Shown in pieces: positions 1-5,789 of a stretch of 19,389 bases of DNA. This DNA comes from Vulcanimicrobiaceae bacterium. GTDB lineage: Bacteria; Vulcanimicrobiota; Vulcanimicrobiia; Vulcanimicrobiales; Vulcanimicrobiaceae. The notes beneath the pieces were generated by a model. It saw nothing but the letters and a program-made list of their open reading frames with translations, did not search any database and was not told the DNA's origin. The stretch spans positions 1 through 19,389 of the forward strand of contig JBHEMM010000041.1 of assembly GCA_046262595.1 (NCBI GenBank). Direction: 5' to 3'. How positions within the stretch are numbered: the first letter of the stretch is position 1; every line of letters starts with the position of its first letter. The position numbers and the translations under genes were made by a program.

Positions 1-87
1 CGTGAGAAGGGCGCTGATCCGATGGTCTGTCCTAAGTGCAAGAGCCCGTACTGGAACACGCCGCGCAAAAGTGTTAAAGTAAATTAG
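1..87 (+). CDS. 3' end of a small zinc-ribbon protein (5' truncated by the window edge)
   Basis: Frame 1 reads REKGADPMVCPKCKSPYWNTPRKSVKVN*, stop TAG at 85-87. The PxxCPxCKSPYWNxPR pattern resembles the second CxxC knuckle of small Zn-ribbon proteins. Confidence 0.6.
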   Translation, partial: REKGADPMVCPKCKSPYWNTPRKSVKVN

Positions 88-116
88 CCTCTAGCCCCAA
101 CGGTGAGGAGGTTTAG

Positions 117-200
117 TGCGCTCGACGGGATTTGAACCCGCACGGGTTAGGGCCCACTAGGATGACAGCCTAGCGCGTCTACCGATTCCGCCACGAGCGC
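117..200 (-). tRNA. Class II tRNA with a tRNA-Leu body and GUC (Asp) anticodon
   Basis: Reverse complement: GCGCTCG TG GCG-GAATCGGTAGA-CGC G CTAGG-CTGTCAT-CCTAG TGGGCCCTAACCCGT GCGGG-TTCAAAT-CCCGT CGAGCGC A. All stems pair. It is 84 nt with a 15-nt variable arm, anticodon GTC at 166-164 and discriminator A. It is followed by CTA, so CCA is not encoded. Confidence 0.93.
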
Positions 201-206
201 GAGATC

Positions 207-247
207 CAAAGGGGAAGGACGGTTTAGGGATCGGACCTTCCCCTTTG
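207..247. terminator. Perfect 12-bp inverted repeat (weak terminator or RNA processing stem)
   Basis: CAAAGGGGAAGG (207-218) pairs with CCTTCCCCTTTG (236-247) around a 17-nt loop. It lies between the ORF stop (265) and the tRNA 5' end (200). The U tract is short on both strands. Confidence 0.55.
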
Positions 248-264
248 CCTTGAATAAGATAGGG

Positions 265-1020
265 TTACATCGGCGGTTCCTCGGTCATCAGCGCGAATGT
301 GCCGTCCGGGCGGGTGTCAATCCGGCGCCCCTCCTGCCGCTGTTGATAGATGAGCGTAGCTAAGGATTTATCGGGATTATTGCTACCGGCAAGATAGCCT
401 TGCGCCTTCAACTGCTCTATCAACTGATCGCCCTTCGCCCCTGAAGCACCGAACCCCAAGAGGACTTCCCGCAAGGCATCGCCCGCACGTTTGTAGTTTG
501 AGCCGTAGCGGCCGGGCGGCTGCTTTTGCGCTGGCCGACCGTTTGAATGCGCCGGGGCCGCAGTCATCGCCGATCCCGCCCAGCGCCAATACCCACGACC
601 CTGCCGCCGAATCGGCTTCTTCTTTAACTTCAAGTTGTTGAGAGCGTTCCTAACCGCGTTGACCGGGCTTTTAGCGGCCGTCGTAAAACCACGGCCCCGC
701 AGCTCCGCCTCGATGTCCTCGGCGGTCATCCGCCTTCCGCCGGCCGCCTTCAAGACATCAAAGACGGCGTCCTGAAAGGTTTCTGGGGCACGCGGTGCGG
801 CGGAGTGATTGGAGCCGGAACCTGAAGTATGAACCGAGGCCATAGATTCAAGTTGCCGGACAAGGCGCTGGCGGAGCTCGATATTGGATGCAATAATGGC
901 CCGCTTCTCACGAAGGAATTGAAGTTGCCGCTCAGCATCGGCTATATCGCGCTCGACGAGCTTCAGGTCGTACTCCGTTTGCTGTAGTTCGGCGCGCGCG
1001 TTTTCCGGGGTTTCCACCAT
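265..1020 (-). CDS. Hypothetical protein: N-terminal coiled coil plus two winged-HTH (HARE-HTH-like) domains
   Basis: 251 aa. SD-like AGGTAGGTGA precedes the ATG and a consensus promoter lies upstream. Residues ~5-60 are a heptad-like coiled coil. Two similar modules follow: TFQDAVFDVLKAAGGRRMTAEDIEAELRGRGF...SPVNAVRNAL...IRRQGRGYWRW and AGDALREVLLGFGASGAKGDQLIEQLKAQGY...NPDKSLATLI...IDTRPDGTFAL. Confidence 0.75.
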   Translation of the reverse strand: MVETPENARAELQQTEYDLKLVERDIADAERQLQFLREKRAIIASNIELRQRLVRQLESMASVHTSGSGSNHSAAPRAPETFQDAVFDVLKAAGGRRMTAEDIEAELRGRGFTTAAKSPVNAVRNALNNLKLKKKPIRRQGRGYWRWAGSAMTAAPAHSNGRPAQKQPPGRYGSNYKRAGDALREVLLGFGASGAKGDQLIEQLKAQGYLAGSNNPDKSLATLIYQQRQEGRRIDTRPDGTFALMTEEPPM

Positions 1021-1079
1021 GTTTTCACCTACCTGGATAGGGCGAGTGCCGCGTACTGGGCCGCCCTCCCGCTGGGGGC

Positions 1080-1108
1080 ATTCTACACCCTGTTAGGCGA
1101 ACAGTCAA
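1080..1108 (-). promoter_or_regulatory. sigma70-type promoter for the wHTH gene and the downstream tRNA
   Basis: Minus strand TTGACT (1108-1103), 17-nt spacer, TAGAAT (1085-1080); about 60 nt upstream of the ATG at 1020. Confidence 0.75.
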
Positions 1109-1120
1109 ATCAATACGAAC

Positions 1121-1150
1121 ATCCATGAATCTATCCGTGAATGATCCGAC
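1121..1150. repeat. Short direct repeats, candidate operator
   Basis: ATCCATGAAT (1121-1130), ATCCGTGAAT (1133-1142) and partial ATCCGAC (1144-1150); 11-12 bp period. Confidence 0.45.
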
Positions 1151-1253
1151 CTGCTCCATTCGACAGTATGTCTGCAAAACTCTAATAAAAATGGACTTTT
1201 ACACCACGGAACGACCGGAAAAACCGATCGCACATTCTATGGTTGACACGTCA

Positions 1254-1262
1254 TGGTAGACT
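1254..1262 (+). promoter_or_regulatory. Extended -10 promoter for the tRNA-like/ncRNA unit
   Basis: TG-G-TAGACT at 1254-1262 predicts a start near 1269, just before the tRNA-like gene at 1277. A TTGACA at 1243-1248 has the wrong spacing to be its -35. Confidence 0.5.
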
Positions 1263-1276
1263 TATTCCAAAGACGC

Positions 1277-1344
1277 GGGCCGGGTCTTGGTAGCGGCAAG
1301 GTCTCCAAAACCAACGCGAGTGGGTTCGACTCCCATCCGGTCCA
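1277..1344 (+). tRNA. Degenerate tRNA-Trp(CCA)-like gene with short D arm (possible pseudo-tRNA)
   Basis: Acceptor GGGCCGG/CCGGTCC and T arm GTGGG-TTCGACT-CCCAT are intact. Anticodon arm AAGGT-CTCCAAA-ACCAA has CCA at 1305-1307 but only 3 bp pair, with two A.A mismatches. Only 14 nt separate the acceptor and anticodon stems. No encoded CCA end. Confidence 0.7.
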
Positions 1345-1347
1345 GCA

Positions 1348-1481
1348 GGGCAATGGCTGTCCACGGGCACGGCTGTTGAAGCGGGGCTGTTGGTGCGAGG
1401 AGATCAGCCCTTCCCTAATTTTACTCTGGGATGATATGATGTGCCCGGAGACCTTGTCGCGGGCCACGCCCGTTTCAAGCC
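1348..1481 (+). ncRNA. Candidate structured non-coding RNA between the tRNA-like gene and the terminator
   Basis: Helices found by hand: 1351-1360/1369-1378, 1383-1389/1405-1411, 1364-1370/1441-1447, 1376-1385/1469-1478, 1460-1464/1468-1472. No credible ORF and no family recognised. Confidence 0.35.
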
Positions 1482-1515
1482 AAAGAGCCAGGCGAACAAC
1501 GCTTGGCTCTTTTTT
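1482..1515 (+). terminator. Rho-independent terminator
   Basis: AAAGAGCCAGGCG-AACAA-CGCTTGGCTCTTT stem-loop running into T6 (1510-1515). Confidence 0.85.
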
Positions 1516-1707
1516 GTGCAGATAACCGACTTATTAGGCAGGCAGGCTTTCCTGGGCAAAGCCGCGTCAGATATATCATCTTGACACTTGTCAAGGTGAC
1601 ACGTCTATTGGTCTATTGCTGTATTGCCCGGCCCGGGTGGTCGTTACCGTGCGCCACTGAGCCTCAGCCACCGTTACGCACGTCGCGTCCTGGGCAACAT
1701 TGCCGCT

Positions 1708-2694
1708 ATGAACAGCACTGAGTTAGGCGGCAGCGGCCTTCGCGTTTCGGCGATGGGCCTCGGCTGCATGGGAATGTCGGATTTTTACGCCGGCTACGAT
1801 GATGCGGAGTCCATTGCGACGATTCATCGCGCGATCGAAGTGGGCGTCACGTTCTTGGATACGGCCGATATGTACGGTGTGGGCAAGAACGAAGAGCTCG
1901 TCGGACGCGCGATTGCGGACCGCCGCGAGCGCGTCGTGCTTGCCACGAAGTTCGGTAACGTGCGCAAACCGGACGGCACGTACGCCGGCGTGAGCGGAAC
2001 TCCGGAGTACGTACGCAGTGCGTGCGAGGCCAGTTTGAAACGCCTTAACGTCGAGACGATCGATCTGTACTACCAGCATCGCGTCGATCCGCAAACGCCG
2101 ATCGAAGATACGGTGGGAGCGATGGCCGAACTGGTGCGCGAGGGTAAAGTGCGCTATTTAGGACTATCCGAAGCGGCGCCCGAAACGATACGCCGGGCCG
2201 CCAAGGCGCATCCGATCGCCGCGCTGCAAACGGAGTATTCGCTCTGGACGCGCGATCCGGAGAGCAACGGCGTGCTGCAGACGGTGCGCGAGCTGGGGAT
2301 CGGATTCGTGGCCTACAGTCCGCTCGGGCGTGGCTTTTTGAGCGGCCGCTTTCAAAAGCCCGAGGATCTGCCCGCTGACGACACACGGCGAAACCACCCG
2401 CGCTTCCAAGGCGAGAATTTCCAGAAGAATTTGCACCTCGCGCGCCTCGTGCAAGAGATTGCGAGTGAAAAGAACGCTACGGCCAGTCAAATTGCGCTCG
2501 CGTGGCTCTTGGCGCAAGAGGATGTGGTGCCGATTCCCGGCACGAAACACCGGAAGTACTTAGAAGAAAACGTGCAGGCGACCGGTGTTACTCTCTCCGG
2601 GCAAGATCTCGCACGCATCGAGCAAGCGTTCCCCGTCGGCGCCGCTTCGGGCGAACGTTACCCGGAACAAGCGCTGGCAGCGGTGCACCGCTGA
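1708..2694 (+). CDS. Aldo/keto reductase
   Basis: Motifs [62 protein letters not shown] and VPIPGT. Start placed at ATG 1708 (MNSTELG) rather than 1624. Confidence 0.96.
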   Translation: MNSTELGGSGLRVSAMGLGCMGMSDFYAGYDDAESIATIHRAIEVGVTFLDTADMYGVGKNEELVGRAIADRRERVVLATKFGNVRKPDGTYAGVSGTPEYVRSACEASLKRLNVETIDLYYQHRVDPQTPIEDTVGAMAELVREGKVRYLGLSEAAPETIRRAAKAHPIAALQTEYSLWTRDPESNGVLQTVRELGIGFVAYSPLGRGFLSGRFQKPEDLPADDTRRNHPRFQGENFQKNLHLARLVQEIASEKNATASQIALAWLLAQEDVVPIPGTKHRKYLEENVQATGVTLSGQDLARIEQAFPVGAASGERYPEQALAAVHR

Positions 2695-2715
2695 CGAAAC
2701 GGGTACGACGTTATC

Positions 2716-3354
2716 ATGGCTGACACAAAACACAGTTTGCAAACCTATATTAGCGACATGCTTGCGCTCGAAGAGCACGTGCGCGTGCCGTTCGAGGCGC
2801 AGCTGAAGGACGAGGACCTTTCATCGTATCCCACGGCGCAGACGCTGCTGCGCCGCCTATCCGACCTATCGAACACGCACATCGACGCGCTCAAGAACCT
2901 GCTCGAGCAGTACGGCGGGCACGAAGCGCATCCGGTAAAGGGAGCCGTCAGCGCGACGGCGGGCTTCTTCGCAAGCGCTATCGACAAAGTGCGGAAAACG
3001 GCGGTCGCGAAGGGTCTTCGCGACGACTACACGGCGCTTTCGCTCTGCACCGTTTCCTACAGTATGCTGCTTTCCACCGCAAACGCGTACGGCATGCCCG
3101 ACGTCAGCGCGCTGGCGCAGCAGCATATGCGCGACTATGCGCAGCTCATCATGGAAATCGGAACGGCCATACCGGAGATCGTCGTGTACGATCTTCAGCA
3201 AACGGGACTGGATGCGGACCCGTCGAGCGTCTCCGAAAGCGTTTCGCAAATCGAGTCGACGTGGCGCAGCAGCGCAAGTTCGGAACGCGGCCAAATCACG
3301 ACCGGTTCGATCGGCTCAGGAGCTACGCCGAGCCAAACGTCACGACCGGTTTAA
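2716..3354 (+). CDS. Ferritin-like four-helix bundle protein (DUF892/YciF-like stress protein)
   Basis: Helical protein with YISDMLALEEH, H-IDAL and LRDDYTAL...Y.ML, plus a Ser/Gly-rich tail. Its 3' end overlaps the convergent gene by 32 nt. Confidence 0.7.
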   Translation: MADTKHSLQTYISDMLALEEHVRVPFEAQLKDEDLSSYPTAQTLLRRLSDLSNTHIDALKNLLEQYGGHEAHPVKGAVSATAGFFASAIDKVRKTAVAKGLRDDYTALSLCTVSYSMLLSTANAYGMPDVSALAQQHMRDYAQLIMEIGTAIPEIVVYDLQQTGLDADPSSVSESVSQIESTWRSSASSERGQITTGSIGSGATPSQTSRPV

Positions 3355-4312
3355 GCACTCTAGAGCCGCGCAGAGCCGCATAGGCCTGCGCGGCTTCTTC
3401 CAACGGATACAAGGCTGCACCCAAACGCCGTGCGGTAACCACGCCGCGTTCGATGTGGCGCAGCGCGTCGCGCGTGTCATTCGGGCCGCACGAATAACTC
3501 GTTACCAGCCGCACGTCGCGAAAGTACAGATCGTTCGGGTCAAGCGTGAGCGCGACGCCCGGCTCGAGCGGCGTGAACATGACGACCGTTCCACCGCCGT
3601 TCACCGCAGCGGCGGCGTCACGCAGCGCCTCGGGCGAGCCCGGCCCGCAAATAACGACGTCAGCCTTTGCGCCGCCGTCTTCCACAATCGCAATGCCAAG
3701 CGTGCGCGCAAACGCCGCGCGCTGAGCCAGAAGGTCGGCGCCGGTAACACGCGCACCCAACGCCTTTCCGATCAGCGCGTGCATGACGCCCATCACCCCC
3801 AGCCCGATGACGTGCAGCGTATCGCCGCGCCTCACGCCGCTGCGGCGCAGCGATTTTACGACGCACGCAAGCGGCTCGACAAGCGAACCGTCTTCGAAGG
3901 AAACGTTCGGCGCAAGCAGCAGCGTATCGCCAACGTTTTCGCGCGGCACGCGGAAGAACTCCGCCAAGCCGCCGGGATCGATCCCGGTCTTGCGCCAGGT
4001 CGCGCACTGCACGAAGTCTTTGCGCTCGCATGAGCGGCACGTGAAGCACGGCGCGTGGTGATGCACGAAAACGCGGTCGCCGCAGGCAAAACCGCTCACG
4101 CCCGCGCCCACCGCATGCACGGTGCCCGCCGGTTCGTGGCCCAGCACGAGCGGTGCTTTGCGCCGTACGTACCACGCCATCACGTCTCCGCTGCATATTC
4201 CGCTCGCGCGCGTGCGCACGAGCAGTTCCCCTTCACCGATCTCCGGAACGGGACGCCGCTCGATCCGGATGTCATCCACGTCATACAGCACCGCTACGCG
4301 CATCTCGCTCAT
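3323..4312 (-). CDS. Zn-dependent medium-chain dehydrogenase (sorbitol/threonine dehydrogenase-like)
   Basis: MSEMRVAVLYD start at 4312 with ATGA overlap to the upstream stop. Motifs GICSGD, LGHEPAG, CFTCRSC-x7-C, VEPLAC and IGLGVMG. Confidence 0.92.
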   Translation of the reverse strand: MSEMRVAVLYDVDDIRIERRPVPEIGEGELLVRTRASGICSGDVMAWYVRRKAPLVLGHEPAGTVHAVGAGVSGFACGDRVFVHHHAPCFTCRSCERKDFVQCATWRKTGIDPGGLAEFFRVPRENVGDTLLLAPNVSFEDGSLVEPLACVVKSLRRSGVRRGDTLHVIGLGVMGVMHALIGKALGARVTGADLLAQRAAFARTLGIAIVEDGGAKADVVICGPGSPEALRDAAAAVNGGGTVVMFTPLEPGVALTLDPNDLYFRDVRLVTSYSCGPNDTRDALRHIERGVVTARRLGAALYPLEEAAQAYAALRGSRVLKPVVTFGSA

Positions 4313-5346
4313 GGTTCGATAGCGAACTTGATGCCTTCGCCGCGGTCCAGGCGCTCGAAGACGCGCGTAATGCCGGCGAGCGCGACGGTCTGCGTCACGA
4401 GGCCCAGCGGATCGATCGCGCGCGACGCGAGCAGATCGAATGCACGTTTTACCGATGAAGGACGGAAATGGAACGGGCTGACCAAGCGCACCTGATCGTA
4501 ATGCATGCGCGATGCATCGAAGCTCACGCGCGTGCCGGAGGGTAAGCCGCCGAAGAACGAAACGGTGCCGCCTCGCCGCACGAGCGCCGGCGCGTTTTCC
4601 CAAATCTGCGCTTGACCCGTACATTCGACGAGTGCATCGGCGCCGCGCCCCTGCGTNNNNNNNNNNCTGAGGGCCAGCGAGTAGAGGGGCCAGCCGTCGC
4701 CGCGGAGCTCGCCGAGCGACGCCGGCTCGCGAACGAGCAGCGCGAGCAGGTTGCTGCGCGTGGCGGTCGAGTCGTCGAGCTCGACGCCCGCGCGCGCGAG
4801 CAGCATCGCATGCAGAAAACCGAAGCCGCCGTCGCCCACGACGGCGACGAACTCGCCTTCGCGCGGTGAGAGCACGTCCAGCGAGTGTACGGCGCACGCA
4901 AGCGGCTCCAAAAATGCTGCGGCAACGTACGAAAGATGCGCCGGCTTTGCAAACGCGTTGACACGCACGATGTGAGCCGGCACCTCGATGAACTGCGCGT
5001 AAGCGCCTAAGATCTTCGCGCTCATCACCGACTCGCAAAGTTCTTCCTCGCCGCGCATGCACCAAAAGCACTGCAGGCAAGGCGCGGAGTGCACGCACGC
5101 GACGGGATCGCCCGCAGCGAACTGCCCGACGCCTTCGCCCACTGCGGCGACGTCGCCCGAAAACTCGTGTCCGAACGGAGTGGGCATCGGCATCTGCGGA
5201 TGGCCGCGCTGGTATGCTTTCAAATCCGTGCCGTCGGTGAGCGCAGCACGGACGCGCACGACGATGCCTCCGGCTTGCGGCTGCGGGCAGGCCACCTCGC
5301 GCAGCTCGATGCGCTTGGGTTCGACCAAAAACGCCGACTGCATCAT
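4309..5346 (-). CDS. Zn-dependent medium-chain dehydrogenase (spans an assembly gap)
   Basis: MMQSAFLVEPK start at 5346 with ATGA overlap. Motifs ALTDGTD, FGHEFSG, CLQCFWC-x7-C, LEPLAC, VGDGGFG and GADALVECTG. Ten Ns at 4657-4666; ~4667-4790 looks unreliable. Confidence 0.88.
   Translation of the reverse strand: MMQSAFLVEPKRIELREVACPQPQAGGIVVRVRAALTDGTDLKAYQRGHPQMPMPTPFGHEFSGDVAAVGEGVGQFAAGDPVACVHSAPCLQCFWCMRGEEELCESVMSAKILGAYAQFIEVPAHIVRVNAFAKPAHLSYVAAAFLEPLACAVHSLDVLSPREGEFVAVVGDGGFGFLHAMLLARAGVELDDSTATRSNLLALLVREPASLGELRGDGWPLYSLALXXXXTQGRGADALVECTGQAQIWENAPALVRRGGTVSFFGGLPSGTRVSFDASRMHYDQVRLVSPFHFRPSSVKRAFDLLASRAIDPLGLVTQTVALAGITRVFERLDRGEGIKFAIEP
4657..4666. other. Scaffold gap (10 N)
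   Basis: Run of ten n characters. Confidence 1.
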
Positions 5347-5789
5347 GCTGAAGCGGCGAGCAGCGCGGCGCGGACCGGCGGCGGCAGCGGGCGGCTTTTC
5401 TGCGTGCGCCGGTCCATGCAGGCAACGACCAAATGAAAAGCCGCGCCGATCTCGCCCGTACGTTCGTTGTGCACCAGCGTCTGCCACTTGACCGACGATC
5501 CGCCGACGTGGCGGATATGCGTTTTGAGCACGAGCCAATCGCCCATCAGCGCGGGCTTATGGTAATCCGCCTCGACGTGGACGCGCGGGAGCCAAATATC
5601 GTATGCCTCGAAAACCGTGCTATACGGAAAGCCTAGTTCGCCGAAGAAATCCATTTCGGCGCGTTCCACCGCGCGCTGGTACGCGGCGAAATACATGATT
5701 CCGGCGATGTCGATATCCGCCCACTGCACCATCACGCGAGTGGTGAAGACGCGCGCGCCCGGCGGTGTGGTGTCTTTAAATTTTGGCAT
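5343..5789 (-). CDS. Acyl-CoA thioesterase (4HBT/YbgC hotdog family)
   Basis: VQWADIDIAGIMYFAAY...ERA, EADYHKPALMGD and C-terminal SRPLP; 148 aa. Confidence 0.9.
   Translation of the reverse strand: MPKFKDTTPPGARVFTTRVMVQWADIDIAGIMYFAAYQRAVERAEMDFFGELGFPYSTVFEAYDIWLPRVHVEADYHKPALMGDWLVLKTHIRHVGGSSVKWQTLVHNERTGEIGAAFHLVVACMDRRTQKSRPLPPPVRAALLAASA

Larger units (their letters stand above)
1..1630. mobile_element. Probable right edge of an accessory island or prophage-like element (left end outside the window)
   Basis: AT-richer than the core: hand counts give 25/60 GC at 1081-1140 and 23/60 at 1141-1200, against 42/60 at 7201-7260 (non-coding versus coding, so this overstates the contrast). 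It carries two atypical tRNAs, Zn-ribbon and wHTH hypotheticals, and clustered repeats at 1570-1626. No integrase or att site is visible. Confidence 0.5.

Noticed and set aside
117..200. Calling this an ordinary tRNA-Asp or ordinary tRNA-Leu
   Set aside because: The long variable arm, A73 and D-loop contradict Asp, while the 7-nt loop on a perfect 5-bp stem unambiguously places GTC at positions 34-36.
1098..1121. LexA/SOS box
   Set aside because: Only direct CGAACA half-sites 18 bp apart; no GAAC-N4-GTTC dyad or GAAC-N7-GAAC spacing.
1345..1440. HDV-like (theta) ribozyme in the tRNA 3' trailer
   Set aside because: TCCACG resembles the L3 loop, but I could not build the nested P1/P2/P3/P1.1 pairings by hand. 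A descriptor search would settle it.
1538..1660. Possible C-terminal remnant (…[10 protein letters not shown]) of a gene interrupted by the island
   Set aside because: Too short and without a recognisable motif; cannot be supported without a comparison genome.
1237..1721. Short ORFs 1237-1467, 1253-1525 and 1503-1721
   Set aside because: They overlap the tRNA-like gene and terminator, lack an RBS and give no protein-like sequence.
4657..4800. Foreign-looking peptide (GVELDDSTATRSNLLALLVREP...) inside the dehydrogenase Rossmann fold
   Set aside because: It runs from a (CG)n tract to the N gap at a contig end, so it is most likely misassembly rather than an insertion or intein. Read mapping would confirm.
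3323..5425. 700-aa fusion ORF
   Set aside because: The N-terminal half is an Arg/Ala-rich off-frame reading across the N gap; the real gene starts at 4312.
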